This document shows, one piece after another, positions 36,851 to 47,705 of a stretch of 64,000 nt of DNA; position 1 is the stretch's first letter, and the number at the start of each line of letters is the position of its first letter. Made by a program: the position numbers and the translations under genes. The notes below the pieces were generated by a model, which made no database searches, was not told where the DNA came from, and saw nothing but the letters and a program-made list of their open reading frames with translations. This DNA is from Candidatus Latescibacterota bacterium (GTDB taxonomy: Bacteria > Latescibacterota > UBA2968 > UBA8231), in NCBI GenBank assembly GCA_965217585.1, contig OZ244561.1, forward strand, positions 4,832,001 to 4,896,000. The letters are read 5' to 3'.

Positions 36851-37704
36851 ACGGTCAGTTCTATTGTATCGCGCGTGGTGATTTCTTTGCGGTCCTTGAA
36901 GTCGCGCACGGCGATCAGTTCCAAGGTTTCTGGCGACAATTGGGCCTTGACGCCGTCGGGAAAGGGGTCAGAGGGGCCGATGTGCTGCACGCCGTAGCGC
37001 AGAGTGAGAAAGCGGCGGTCGCGGTCTTGGGGCTCCCAGGAGAGCGCGCCGTGGGTGAGGTGTTCGGACATGATGACCACGTCGCCGGCTCTGGGCGTAA
37101 AATTGGTCACTCCTTCGGGCACTTCAGTGCTGAAATAATCGTCGTTGTACCCCCCGTCTGCGGTGTAGCTTTCTGGATAGAAGTAGTGGTGTTCGCGCAG
37201 GAAATTGGCCTTGTGCGAGCCGGGTACGACAATGAGCCCGCCGTCGCCGGGGAAAACGTCGGTCAGATAAAAGAAAAATACCAAGTCATTGTTGTATATT
37301 TTGCCGTCCTTGACAAAACTGCGGCGCCAGCCTGGCTGGCCTTTGCGCAGGGCTGACTCGCGTCCCGAATGCAGGGGATGAAAGGGCTTGCCGTGGACAT
37401 CGACCATCATATTGCCGCCGCCTAGCCGGGGTTTGCCGCCGGTCAGTTCGAGCAGGATGGGCCAGGTTTTGGGGTGCATCGTCAGCCGTTCGAGGGCCTT
37501 GTCAAAGGCGAAGGCGTAGAGATACCAGTTGAAGTGCTCGCGGTTGAGGTCGATGCGAAAACCCTCCGGTAGCTGATCCGGCGGCGTGTCAATGTAGCGC
37601 TGGGCCGCGTCCTGGGCGGGTCGGAGTTCGCTCTCACTCAGAACACCGCGCAAATGGAGATAACCGGTTAGATCAAAAAAATAGCGCTGTTCGGGAGTCA
37701 TCAT
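36847..37704 (-). CDS. PhyH-family Fe/2OG enzyme (paralog of 34536-35390)
   Basis: Same motifs, with long identical peptide stretches. Confidence 0.88.
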   Translation of the reverse strand: MMTPEQRYFFDLTGYLHLRGVLSESELRPAQDAAQRYIDTPPDQLPEGFRIDLNREHFNWYLYAFAFDKALERLTMHPKTWPILLELTGGKPRLGGGNMMVDVHGKPFHPLHSGRESALRKGQPGWRRSFVKDGKIYNNDLVFFFYLTDVFPGDGGLIVVPGSHKANFLREHHYFYPESYTADGGYNDDYFSTEVPEGVTNFTPRAGDVVIMSEHLTHGALSWEPQDRDRRFLTLRYGVQHIGPSDPFPDGVKAQLSPETLELIAVRDFKDRKEITTRDTIELTV

Positions 37705-37842
37705 CTCGTTTTCCTGTGATCTCACTGGCTGGTGACTTATATTGGTTCCGCACCTTTCAAGTAACCAAATACGGCTCTGGACTTCAAGGTCCCCTAACTC
37801 AAAAGGTCCTTGGTAGCCGGGATTATCAGCAGGAGTTCGTTC

Positions 37843-38940
37843 ATGGCCCGTGTGCGCATTGGTGTTTTGGGTTGTGGTGCCATAGCTCAGGTCCAGCACC
37901 TACCCAACCTGTTGGCACTCAACGAGGAATTTGCCGTTCCCATTGTCTGCGACCTGTCTCCCGACCAGGCGGCCTATGTCGCCAAACGCTTTGCTATCCC
38001 CCGGCACGTCAGCACCCTCGACGACCTGCTGAGCGCTGATATCGACGCGGTCCTCCTCTGCCATACCGATCCCAAAAGCGACGCGGCAATCGCTGCTTTT
38101 GCCGCCGGCAAACACGTGCTGATCGAAAAGCCCATCTGCGCGTCCTTACAGGAAGCCGACGCCATGATAGCGGCCATGCGCGAAGCTGGCACCGTGGGCC
38201 AGGCCGCCTACATGAAGGCCTACGATCCGGCCTTTGCTCTGGCCAAAAGAGAGGTAGAGGGTTTGGATTACAGCTTTATCCAGATCAACCACCTGCACCC
38301 GAGCAATTATCTCCACCTCGATCACTTCAACGTGCAATACGTTGGTTCACAGCGCCCCGCAATCGCCGCTCAACGCCAGCGCGCCTATAGGGAAACACTG
38401 CGCCAGGCTTTTGGCGACCTTTTTGCGCAAGCTGAACCCGTCTGCGGCATCACCTACGGCCTGATCCACGATCTTTACAGCTTGCGCACGATGGTGGGCT
38501 CGCCCCGCGCCGTGGTTAGCACGGAAATCTGGAAGAACAACCGCTCGATTACCTCAGTGCTCGAATACGCCAATGGCGCGCGCTGTGTCATCAGTCGGGT
38601 TGACTTGGAAAAGTTGTGGGATTTTCGCGAGACCTTGGAGATCTACGGCGACGATAAGCGCGTGCTGCTCACCTATCCGACCGGTTTTTCGCGCCGCGTG
38701 CTCTCCACCCTGACTATCCAGGGCATTGACGAGCACGGCACTAGCTACCGCAAAGAACCAGCCATTCCTTGGGAGAGCGCCTTTACCGCGGAATTGCGCC
38801 ACTTCCACGCCTGTATCACCGAGGGGGTGGAGTGTCGCACGCCGATCACTGAGGCGCGCCACGACGTGGAACTTATCATCGATATCACTAAATCCTATAT
38901 CACCGGCCAATCCGTGGAGAAAAACTGTGAACGGAAATAA
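37843..38940 (+). CDS. Gfo/Idh/MocA family oxidoreductase
   Basis: RIGVLGCGAIAQ, GKHVLIEKP; AGGAG RBS. Confidence 0.92.
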   Translation: MARVRIGVLGCGAIAQVQHLPNLLALNEEFAVPIVCDLSPDQAAYVAKRFAIPRHVSTLDDLLSADIDAVLLCHTDPKSDAAIAAFAAGKHVLIEKPICASLQEADAMIAAMREAGTVGQAAYMKAYDPAFALAKREVEGLDYSFIQINHLHPSNYLHLDHFNVQYVGSQRPAIAAQRQRAYRETLRQAFGDLFAQAEPVCGITYGLIHDLYSLRTMVGSPRAVVSTEIWKNNRSITSVLEYANGARCVISRVDLEKLWDFRETLEIYGDDKRVLLTYPTGFSRRVLSTLTIQGIDEHGTSYRKEPAIPWESAFTAELRHFHACITEGVECRTPITEARHDVELIIDITKSYITGQSVEKNCERK

Positions 38941-40414
38941 TCTATACGACCCTAATTTGCATCTATTTCTCGACGACGTGGAAGTACAAGATCATCCCGG
39001 CTTTGTGCGCAAGGTGCAGCGGCCTGAGCGCATTCAGACGGAGCCGGTATTAAAACCCGACCGGCCCTGGGAGGGGAAAGCCGTGCAATTGTGGGGCTCG
39101 GTGCTCTACGACGACGACGAAAACTGCTTCAAGATGTGGTATTATTCGATCAACAACGACCTGTACGAGCGCACCGGCCAAGGGCACTTTATGTGTTACG
39201 CCACCTCAAAAGACGGTATCGCGTGGGAAAAGCCGGAACTGGGGATCGTGGCCTGCGAAGGGTCCCGCGCCAACAATATCGTCTATCCGCCGCCGGGTGT
39301 TCACTACGGTTTGGATCCGTGGGGCGTGGTCAAAGACCTGCAAGAGCAAGATCCGTCCAAACGGTATAAGATGGGTATGTACCAACAGCGCCCGACCGCG
39401 GACGCTCCGCAGGAAACGCCCACTATGGACCGCCAAGCGCGCAATGCCCTGCGCAAAGTGCTCTTCGATAAAATCCGCGACCACCACGGCATGTACGCAG
39501 CCTTCTCGCCAGACGGCATTCACTGGCGGCTGGACGACCGCAATTACGTCCCCCGCTCCGGCGATGCCGGCGCGCTGGTGTACGATCCCATGCAGCGGCG
39601 CTACCTAGCGGTTTCGCGCCGTTATGAAACGCTGATGGATCACTTCATGCTGGAGTGGAAGGACTACCGCCGCGTCATTGCTCTGTCCAGCAGCGAGGAT
39701 TTTATCGATTGGACGCCTCTGAGAACCATTATCAAACCGGATGATTTCGACGATCCTAGGGATCAGCTATACGTGATGACGCCTTTTGTCTACGGCAGCC
39801 AGTACATTGGTTTCATCGGCATGCTGCACTCGGCCACGGAGCTGGGTCCGGTACAACTGGCTACGGCGCGGCATCTGGACCACTGGCAGCGGGTGGGCCG
39901 TCGCGAGGAATTTTTGCCGGTTGGCTCGCCCGGCACTTGGGACGGGGCCTGGTCCTCCCTGTCGTCCAATCCTCCTGCTCTTGTGGGGGATACGCTGTAC
40001 ATGTGGTATTCGGGCCGTCCCCAGGCCCACGGCACCGAGGGCAATTCCACCAGTTCGATCGGGCTAGTGACCTTGCGCAAGGATCGCTTTGTGGCGCTGC
40101 GCTGTGGCATCGGGGGCGGCGAGTTGATGACTGAACCCATTGCCGTCAGCGGTCCTAGGCTCGGGGTCAATGCCACCTGTTTATTCGGGCACTTGCAGGT
40201 GCGCGTCATCGCGGAGGCCTCCGTGCCGGAGGGCTTTGACTTCGACTCGTGCAATGGGTTGGCACGGGGAGACGAGACGGATTGCGAGGTTACCTGGGGG
40301 CAGGAGCGGCGCGATCTGACGCCTTTTGTCGGTCGGACTATCCGCTTGCACTTTCGCGCCGACAATGCTACGAGCCTGTACGCCTATCGAACCGGGGACA
40401 AATCTCGCGTTTAA
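38927..40414 (+). CDS. GH32/GH43-like beta-propeller protein
   Basis: GTG start with GGAGA RBS; HLFLDD, PDRPWE, YATSKDGI.WEKPELG, LRKDRFV. Confidence 0.8.
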   Translation: MNGNNLYDPNLHLFLDDVEVQDHPGFVRKVQRPERIQTEPVLKPDRPWEGKAVQLWGSVLYDDDENCFKMWYYSINNDLYERTGQGHFMCYATSKDGIAWEKPELGIVACEGSRANNIVYPPPGVHYGLDPWGVVKDLQEQDPSKRYKMGMYQQRPTADAPQETPTMDRQARNALRKVLFDKIRDHHGMYAAFSPDGIHWRLDDRNYVPRSGDAGALVYDPMQRRYLAVSRRYETLMDHFMLEWKDYRRVIALSSSEDFIDWTPLRTIIKPDDFDDPRDQLYVMTPFVYGSQYIGFIGMLHSATELGPVQLATARHLDHWQRVGRREEFLPVGSPGTWDGAWSSLSSNPPALVGDTLYMWYSGRPQAHGTEGNSTSSIGLVTLRKDRFVALRCGIGGGELMTEPIAVSGPRLGVNATCLFGHLQVRVIAEASVPEGFDFDSCNGLARGDETDCEVTWGQERRDLTPFVGRTIRLHFRADNATSLYAYRTGDKSRV

Positions 40415-40436
40415 CGAGGACAAGGAGAAAAGACAA

Positions 40437-41954
40437 ATGGACGAGTTACAGGCCAAAACCCTACCCGCGCTCGATTGGCACGGTATCTGGCCCGGCTACG
40501 TCAGCCACGACGACGAAGGACTGTATTTCCCCCAGGATTTGCCCACCGGCATCCGCTTGGCCGTGCAGCAAGCCGAGTGCTCTGATCCGGTCATGGTGCG
40601 CCAAAAGCGCTGGGAAGCCGGCAATATCCACTACCCGAGTTTAATAAAGGAAGGCGACCGCTATCGCCTGTGGTACTGCTGCTTCGCCGACCCCGAAGAT
40701 TCCTGGGTGAAGGCCGGCCATGTGCCGGGTAAAGTGCCCGGACTGTGGTGCTACGCCGAGAGCGGCGACGGCTTTCACTGGGAGCGGCCCGCATTGGGGC
40801 GGGTCGAATTCGCTGGCTCCAAGGATAACAATATCCTCTTTGTCTGCGACCAAGTGGGTTCGCACTACGGGTATATGAACGTCATGCGCGATCCCAACGG
40901 CAGCGACGAGGAGCGCTATAAGGCCATCGGTATTACCGCCAAGTTCGAGGTTGATGGCCAGCCAGCTAGCCGGGCGGAGGTGATGGAATTGCGGGCCAAG
41001 CGCGAGGCGGCCGGAGACGCCGGTGAAATCGGTGCCAACATAACCTCGCAGGTAGTGGTCACCGCCGGGGTTTCGGCCGACGGCTATAGCTGGACCCACC
41101 TGCCCGAGCCGATTATGGCACCGCCCTTTTTGCTCGATACGCAAAATATTCTCACCTACGATGCCGATAGCGGCAAATACGTCATTTATTTGCGCAGTGG
41201 TCTCCAGCGGCGCCGGGCGGTGTCGCGCTACGAAGCCGATACTTTTCGCGGGCCGTGGGACAATCACCTCATGGTGCTCACGGCCGAGCCCGACGATCCG
41301 CCCGATTGGGACATCTATGCGCCGGGCTATTGTCGCCATCCGCACGGCCAGCACCTCATGTTCTTCAGTCCCTACCGCCGGGCCAGCGATTTGGTCGACG
41401 TGTACTTGTCCACCAGTCACGACGGCCAGCTCTGGTACCGGCCGGAACGCAAGCCGATCATTCCGGTGAGTGAGCGCTATGGCAGCCTTTACCCGACGCC
41501 AGAACTGGTGGAGTTGGACCAAGACCGCTGGGGCGTGCTGACCTTGGCCTGTCCGCACCCGCACAACCGCTCTTCCAACCATCCGCACGAGTACATCTGG
41601 GCCACGTGGAAGCGCGACCGGCTGGTGGCTTGGGAAACGGACGATTGGGCGGAATTTGCCCTGAGCGAACAGCTATGCGCCGGCCAGCAGCTCAAGATCA
41701 ACTTCAAGACGTTGTTGCCGGGTGCCTTTGTCGAAGTGGAAATCGTCGCTGGCAGTTTGCCCAATCGAACGAGTGCAGCTCTGGTTCCGGCCCTAGCAGG
41801 ATTCAGTTTTGCCGACTGCGACCGGATGGCTGGGGATGAGTTGGAGGCCGTGGTGAGCTGGCGGGGCAAGTCGGATCTGGCGGCGCTGAAGGGCCAGAAG
41901 ATCCATTTGCGATTTCGCATGGCGCGCGCCCAGCTCTTTGCCGTTACCCTCTGA
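40437..41954 (+). CDS. GH32/GH43-like beta-propeller protein
   Basis: YRLWY, YAES.DGFHWERP.LG, DTQN, W.RDRLVA, GDEL...V.W.G.SDL. Confidence 0.8.
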   Translation: MDELQAKTLPALDWHGIWPGYVSHDDEGLYFPQDLPTGIRLAVQQAECSDPVMVRQKRWEAGNIHYPSLIKEGDRYRLWYCCFADPEDSWVKAGHVPGKVPGLWCYAESGDGFHWERPALGRVEFAGSKDNNILFVCDQVGSHYGYMNVMRDPNGSDEERYKAIGITAKFEVDGQPASRAEVMELRAKREAAGDAGEIGANITSQVVVTAGVSADGYSWTHLPEPIMAPPFLLDTQNILTYDADSGKYVIYLRSGLQRRRAVSRYEADTFRGPWDNHLMVLTAEPDDPPDWDIYAPGYCRHPHGQHLMFFSPYRRASDLVDVYLSTSHDGQLWYRPERKPIIPVSERYGSLYPTPELVELDQDRWGVLTLACPHPHNRSSNHPHEYIWATWKRDRLVAWETDDWAEFALSEQLCAGQQLKINFKTLLPGAFVEVEIVAGSLPNRTSAALVPALAGFSFADCDRMAGDELEAVVSWRGKSDLAALKGQKIHLRFRMARAQLFAVTL

Positions 41955-41967
41955 TAGGAGACAGAGC

Positions 41968-42834
41968 ATGCTGGTGGGAATTGTCACCTTGAAATCGGCC
42001 CCCTGGGAATTGGCGGATAATTTCCGGCGGCTGGAGTCCTATGTCCGGGAGGCGGCCGGGCGTCGCGCCCAAGTGATTGTCGCGCCCGAGTCCGTGCTAG
42101 ATGGCTATGTGTTTAACGCAGACCCCACATCCCAATTGGCGGATATGCTGGAAATCGCCCAGACCGTGCCGGATGGATCCTATATCCAACGGGCGGGCGC
42201 GCTGTGCAAAGAATTGGGGACGTATCTGATATTCGGCTTGCTGGAACGGGAAGAGCAGACCCTGTTCAACGCCTGTGTCATGCTCGATCCGCAAGGCGAG
42301 GTGATCGCCCATTACCGCAAAATTACCACCGCGGGAGAGTACGCCATCACTCCGGGGCGCGCGCTACAGCCGTTCGACACGCCCCTGGGCCGGTTGGGCT
42401 TTCTGCTGTGCAGCGACCGCACCGTGGACAATTGCGCGGTGCTGGGGGTTCAGGGGGCCCAGGTCATTTTCATTCCCATGGACGGCAGCGGTGGACCGGA
42501 CAATACCGAGAAAATGCGCTGGCGGGCTCGGGACAACCACTGCTGGATCGTTATTGCCAACACCTGGAGCGCGGTAATCATCAGCCCCAGCGGGGAATTG
42601 CACTTGGAGAAGTACGAAACCGAATGCGTCAGCGTGCAATACGTACACTTGCCGCAACAGGATAACAGTCAAGGACGGTCGCGCTTTGTAGCGCGCCGGC
42701 CCGATCTGTACGGTCCCCTAGTCGCCGGACACGAGGACGGCCACTACGATGGGGAGGGCAAACTCACTGCAGCGGGCGAAGCGCGCCGACAAGCAGCGCG
42801 CCGGAAGGCCGCGGAGGGCCATGACAGACAATAG
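41968..42834 (+). CDS. Carbon-nitrogen hydrolase (nitrilase superfamily)
   Basis: E-K-C triad: APES, YRKI, LLCSDR; RRPDLY. Confidence 0.9.
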   Translation: MLVGIVTLKSAPWELADNFRRLESYVREAAGRRAQVIVAPESVLDGYVFNADPTSQLADMLEIAQTVPDGSYIQRAGALCKELGTYLIFGLLEREEQTLFNACVMLDPQGEVIAHYRKITTAGEYAITPGRALQPFDTPLGRLGFLLCSDRTVDNCAVLGVQGAQVIFIPMDGSGGPDNTEKMRWRARDNHCWIVIANTWSAVIISPSGELHLEKYETECVSVQYVHLPQQDNSQGRSRFVARRPDLYGPLVAGHEDGHYDGEGKLTAAGEARRQAARRKAAEGHDRQ

Positions 42835-45112
42835 AGTGGATATCCGCGACCGGGTCGCCCGCCACGATCTGCGCTACGACGCGGTGCCCTGTACCTATTT
42901 CGAGGGATTTATCCTCGGCAACGGCGATCTGGGTGCCGTGCTATGGTTCGAGGAGGACTGCATGGTGCTCAGTTTGGACAAGGCCGATGTCTGGGAGCGG
43001 CGCGCAGACCAGAGTCTGGAGCCGGGCATGGATTACCGCACCGCCCTGCAGCAAGTCCGTACCAGCAGCTTCGATCCTAGCTGCCGAGTCTTCGATCCGG
43101 TGCGGCCCCCCGACCGAGTCTGGGGCAACAAGCTGCCGATCGGCCGCGTCGAATGGCCGCTTGGGCAGACGCCGATAGCACTAGAGGGCAAGATTGCGCT
43201 CTACGAGGCCGCCTTTTCGCTGGAATTGCGGCTGGCGCAGGGGGCGCTGACCGTGTGGGGGTATCTGCACGCCGGCGAGAATATCGTCGAGCTCGAAATG
43301 GAGGCGCACGGTAAAATTCCACTACCCGCTTGCCGAGTCGCCCGCCGCTTGGACGAGCGCAGCGAAGAGATCATGCAAATATGGGATTATCCCGAGCCCG
43401 AGTATGGAGGCCAGGGGACCGACCGCTACTTGGTGCAGGGATACAGCGGCGACGAGGAGTACGCGGTATTCGTCCGACAGTGCCGCGCGGCGAGCAACCG
43501 CGCTCGTTGCGCTGTCACGGTGATTCGGGGTGCGGCCGGCGATGAGCTGCCGGCTCGGGCGGCCGCTGCTGTAGAGGCTTGGCAGGGACGCGATGACCTC
43601 TTTGACGAGCACTTGGCGTGGTGGGCGCGCTTCTGGACGCGCTCGCATTTGTGCGTGCCCGACGCCGCTCTGGAACGCTTGTGGTACGCGGAGATGTACA
43701 AGCTGGGCTGCAACGCGCGGGCGGACAAGTACCCCGTCACCATCATGGGCGTGTGGAACCCCGATACGCGCATTCCGCCTTGTTACGGAGACCTGCACCA
43801 CAATCTAGAAACAGAGATGAACTACTGGCCCATTTTCGCCGCCAACCGCCTCGAACTGGCCATGCCGCTCTACGAACTACTGGTGGACCAGTTGCCGCGC
43901 TTTGAGGAGAATTGCCGCACCTTCTTCGGCTGGAGCGGAGCCTACCTACCGGCCAATATGGATATCTACGGCCAAGGCGTGGGCTTTATGTGGTTTCCCT
44001 GGAATTTGCAGGTCGGCGTGGGTGCCTGGCTGGCCCAGCACTTCTGGCTGCACTATTGCTACAGTGGCGATCGGGACTTTCTGCACGACAAAGCCTGGCC
44101 CTTCATGGAGGCCGTGGGCCGCTTCTGGCTGGGATTTCTCGAAGCCGACGAAGAGGGCGTGCTGCACGTGCCTTGGTCCTACTCGCCCGAGTACGACGAC
44201 ATTGTGTGCAAGGGCCGGGATTCGGCGTTCGATCTGGCGCTGGTGCGCTATTTGTTTACCACGCTCATCGCCGCCGCACAGGACCTCGAATTGGGCGCGG
44301 AAGAGACTGCGTCCTATGGCCAGGCCCTAGAAAACCTAGCGCCGCTTCCCGTGGATGAGCGTGGCATTCAGGTTTACGCCGGGGTGCCGTTGGAGCGCAG
44401 CCACCGCCACTTCTCCCACCTGATGGCCATTCACCCCCTCGGCTACGTCCATGTCGAAGGCGACGCGGGCGACCGAGATTTGATCGAGCGTTCGCTGGCT
44501 CATTTGCGCCACATCGGCACGGGCCACTGGTCGGGCTGGTCCTTCCCCTGGGCAGCTTTGATCGCCTGCCGCGCCCGGCGCACCAATATGGCCCACTCCA
44601 TGCTGCGCTTTTACACCGATCAGGTGATACTGCCAAACACCTTGCAGGTGAGCGTTGACTGGCGCCAGACCGGTTTCTACACGGCCGAACATGGTTTTAT
44701 CAATACCTTGGAGGCAGGCACAGGTGCCGCAGCGGCGGTTATGGAGATGCTACTGCAAAGCTGGGGCGGCAAAATCCGCGTCTTTCCCTGCGTGCCAGAT
44801 GCGTGGCCAGCGGCGTCTTTTGCTACTCTGCGCGCCGAGGGGGCCTTCTTGGTCAGCGCCTCGTATCGGGACGGGGCGGTAGAGTGGGTACACATCACCA
44901 GCGAAGTCGGCCATGAGTGCACCGTGCACAATCCGTGGCCGCAAGGCGACGTAGTGCTACGCGATCTGTGTACTGGTGCCGAAGTTTTGCTAAATGGGGA
45001 TGTGCTGGCCTTTGCCACCAAGGCAGGGGGACAGTACGAATTGACCGGAACGGTGGCAGGTCGGCAGCAAAGGTCCGGAGCGATCTTCGCCGGCCTGCCG
45101 CGCTGGGATTAA
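42821..45112 (+). CDS. GH95-like glycoside hydrolase (alpha-L-fucosidase-like)
   Basis: LGNGDLG, GDLHHNLETEMNYWP, SYSPEY, HRHFSHL, EMLLQSW, LRAEGAFLVSA. Confidence 0.88.
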   Translation: MTDNRVDIRDRVARHDLRYDAVPCTYFEGFILGNGDLGAVLWFEEDCMVLSLDKADVWERRADQSLEPGMDYRTALQQVRTSSFDPSCRVFDPVRPPDRVWGNKLPIGRVEWPLGQTPIALEGKIALYEAAFSLELRLAQGALTVWGYLHAGENIVELEMEAHGKIPLPACRVARRLDERSEEIMQIWDYPEPEYGGQGTDRYLVQGYSGDEEYAVFVRQCRAASNRARCAVTVIRGAAGDELPARAAAAVEAWQGRDDLFDEHLAWWARFWTRSHLCVPDAALERLWYAEMYKLGCNARADKYPVTIMGVWNPDTRIPPCYGDLHHNLETEMNYWPIFAANRLELAMPLYELLVDQLPRFEENCRTFFGWSGAYLPANMDIYGQGVGFMWFPWNLQVGVGAWLAQHFWLHYCYSGDRDFLHDKAWPFMEAVGRFWLGFLEADEEGVLHVPWSYSPEYDDIVCKGRDSAFDLALVRYLFTTLIAAAQDLELGAEETASYGQALENLAPLPVDERGIQVYAGVPLERSHRHFSHLMAIHPLGYVHVEGDAGDRDLIERSLAHLRHIGTGHWSGWSFPWAALIACRARRTNMAHSMLRFYTDQVILPNTLQVSVDWRQTGFYTAEHGFINTLEAGTGAAAAVMEMLLQSWGGKIRVFPCVPDAWPAASFATLRAEGAFLVSASYRDGAVEWVHITSEVGHECTVHNPWPQGDVVLRDLCTGAEVLLNGDVLAFATKAGGQYELTGTVAGRQQRSGAIFAGLPRWD

Positions 45113-45124
45113 ACGGGGTCGAGC

Positions 45125-46138
45125 ATGGACCATTCCCTAACGGCACCGATCATTGACGCCCACGGCCATACCTTGGATCTGGCCTTCAAGTCGGGGTGCG
45201 AGCTGCACCAAGGTTTGGGTGGACTGACTGATGTGCCCCTGATGCGCGTCGGTGGGGTCGCGGCTCAGCTAACCGCTTGTTGGGTGCCGGATGCGAGAAT
45301 CGGCGGTCCTCACGGCAGTCGGCATCCCCTGCAGGAGGTCTTGCGGATCGTCGACTATTTGCATCGCCAATTGGAAGGCGAAGCCGGAGAATACGCCGTG
45401 TTGGCTACTACCGCCGATCACATCGAAGAGGCGCACAAGAGTGGGAAAACCGCCTTTGTTTTGGGCTTGGAGGGCGGCGATGCGCTCAAAGGCGACTTGG
45501 GCGTATTGCGCACGCTCTATCGCCTGGGATTGCGGCACCTCGGCTTGGTACACGAAGGACGCAATGCCTTGGGCACGGCGACGCAGGTGTGGAACGGGCC
45601 AACCATGCGACTTTACGACAGCGGGATTGATCCGCCGGGCCGGCTGACCGAGGCTGGCCGGCAGGTCATTGGCGAGATGAACCGGCTGGGCATGCTCGTC
45701 GATATCACGCATCTGGTTGAGGCCTGTTTTTGGGACGCGCTGGAAGTCGCCCGCGCGCCGGTCATTGCCACTCACGGCAATGCACGGGCACTGAGGGACA
45801 CCGTGCGCTACTTGAGCGACGACCAGCTCCGGGCGGTGGCCGCTACCGAGGGCTTGATTTGCCCTAGTCCGATGCCGCTGGGTCCTGGGGGCGAAACAGC
45901 CAGTCTGGAGATGTTGCTGGATCATATTGATTACATAGTTGCGCTGGTTGGAGCTGCCCACGTCGGCTTTGGTACGGACCTGCTCGACCAGCTCAACGCT
46001 CGGCCGGTCGGGTTGGAGGATATTGGCGAGAGCCAAAATATCGTCGAGGGCTTGCAGCAGCGCGGGCACCAGACCGAGGCAATCGACGGGATTATGGGCG
46101 GCAATTTTATTCGCGTTTTCAGAGAAGTAGCTGGCTAG
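45125..46138 (+). CDS. Membrane dipeptidase (peptidase M19) family
   Basis: LEGG, EMNRLGMLVDITH, IATH.N, HVGFGTD, IMGGNF.RV. Confidence 0.9.
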   Translation: MDHSLTAPIIDAHGHTLDLAFKSGCELHQGLGGLTDVPLMRVGGVAAQLTACWVPDARIGGPHGSRHPLQEVLRIVDYLHRQLEGEAGEYAVLATTADHIEEAHKSGKTAFVLGLEGGDALKGDLGVLRTLYRLGLRHLGLVHEGRNALGTATQVWNGPTMRLYDSGIDPPGRLTEAGRQVIGEMNRLGMLVDITHLVEACFWDALEVARAPVIATHGNARALRDTVRYLSDDQLRAVAATEGLICPSPMPLGPGGETASLEMLLDHIDYIVALVGAAHVGFGTDLLDQLNARPVGLEDIGESQNIVEGLQQRGHQTEAIDGIMGGNFIRVFREVAG

Positions 46139-46170
46139 GCTGCCGGAGTACGAGAGGAGGAAGAATACTG

Positions 46171-47688
46171 ATGCACCAACCATTTCTGGACTGGTACGAT
46201 ATCTGGGCAGGACAGGCCTGTGCCAACGAAAACGGCGAGTCCTGGCTCAAGGATCCGCCGCTAGGTGTGCGGCTAGCAGTGCAACCGGCGCGCAGGTCTC
46301 CGGTATTCTTTCGCGCCGAAGAGCCTTGGGAACAGGCCCGAATGGCGTATCCGTACGTCCTGTTGGACGACGGGCTCTACCGGATGTGGTTTTGGACTTC
46401 GGGAGAGGAAGAAGGAGGGGCGCGTTTCAACGGCTATGCAGAGAGCCGGGACGGTTTTGAGTGGGAACGGCCGAACTTGGGGTTAGTGGAGTACGGCGGT
46501 ACTAGAGCCAATAATCTGCTTTCGCGGCACAGCGATTTTGAGCTCAACTCGGTATTCATCGATCCCCATGCCGGTCCCGAGGAGCGCTACAAGGCCATTG
46601 GCCCGAAAACCGTATTTTACCGCAACGGGGTAGTGGATGCAGAAATGGATTGGGTGCAGTTTCGCCAGTTGGGTGCCGATACCGGTACTCGGGACGATCC
46701 AACCATCAATACCATGCAGGTTGTGGAGGAACAGTTCGGCGTCCGCCGGGATAATGTGGTACAGGGTGCGGTCTCTGGCGACGGGTTGCGCTGGACTGTG
46801 CTCGACACCCCCTTAGTAAACGTCGGCAATAGCGTGCTCGATACCCAGAATGTCGCCGCCTACGAACCGGAAACCGGAGAATACGTTGCCTACTTGCGCG
46901 GCATGTTCCACAATGAGAACAAATTCGGCTATACCGGTCGACGGGCCGTGCGCAAGACCGGAGGGAAAGAGTTCGGCGCTTGGGCCCCGCCGCGCTACGT
47001 CCTAGTGGCCGACCCGCAGGACCACGTTGCCGACGATATATACACGCCGTGCTACTGCCACTATCCGGGGGTGCCCGGCTTGCATCTGATGTTTCCTTCG
47101 GTGTACCACCGGCTCGACTCAGAGCAGGATGTCCAGCTAGCGGTGAGTCGGGATGGGTGGAATTGGGTGCGGCCCGAAAGGAAGCCGATCATCACCCTCG
47201 AAAGCGACGAAGGGCGGTATGGTTGCATTCGCGCTGCTCCCAATCTAGTGCCGCTCAATGAGGAGGAGTGGGGCCTGCCGTACGACGGCCGCTACAGTCG
47301 GCACGACCACGGCCCGGCCGAGTTGCCCGAAGGCGAGTTTCGCTGGGCGATATGGAAACGCCATCGGCTGGTGGCCTTGGAAGCGCCGCTGGAAGGACGG
47401 GTAACTACCATTCCGCGAGTTTGCCAAGGCGGGGAATTGCGCCTCAACTTCCAGACCAAGCGAGCCGGCTGGATCAAGGTGGAAATTGTGACGCCGCCGA
47501 TCGAGCCTGTGGAGTCGATTCAACCTTTGGAGGGTTTCAGTGCAGACGAGGCCGATGTCTTGGTGGGAGACGAGTTGGATAAAGTCGTTACGTGGAAGGG
47601 CAAGAGCGATCTAGCGGCGCTAAAGGGAAAGCAGGTGGCCGTTCGCCTGCACCTGGCGCGGGCCAAGGTGTTTTCCATGGCTATCTAA
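46171..47688 (+). CDS. GH32/GH43-like beta-propeller protein
   Basis: PWE, YAESRDGF.WERP.LG, DTQN, SRDG.NW.RPERKP, GDEL. Confidence 0.8.
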   Translation: MHQPFLDWYDIWAGQACANENGESWLKDPPLGVRLAVQPARRSPVFFRAEEPWEQARMAYPYVLLDDGLYRMWFWTSGEEEGGARFNGYAESRDGFEWERPNLGLVEYGGTRANNLLSRHSDFELNSVFIDPHAGPEERYKAIGPKTVFYRNGVVDAEMDWVQFRQLGADTGTRDDPTINTMQVVEEQFGVRRDNVVQGAVSGDGLRWTVLDTPLVNVGNSVLDTQNVAAYEPETGEYVAYLRGMFHNENKFGYTGRRAVRKTGGKEFGAWAPPRYVLVADPQDHVADDIYTPCYCHYPGVPGLHLMFPSVYHRLDSEQDVQLAVSRDGWNWVRPERKPIITLESDEGRYGCIRAAPNLVPLNEEEWGLPYDGRYSRHDHGPAELPEGEFRWAIWKRHRLVALEAPLEGRVTTIPRVCQGGELRLNFQTKRAGWIKVEIVTPPIEPVESIQPLEGFSADEADVLVGDELDKVVTWKGKSDLAALKGKQVAVRLHLARAKVFSMAI

Positions 47689-47705
47689 GGGCATGGGCGA
47701 ACCAT

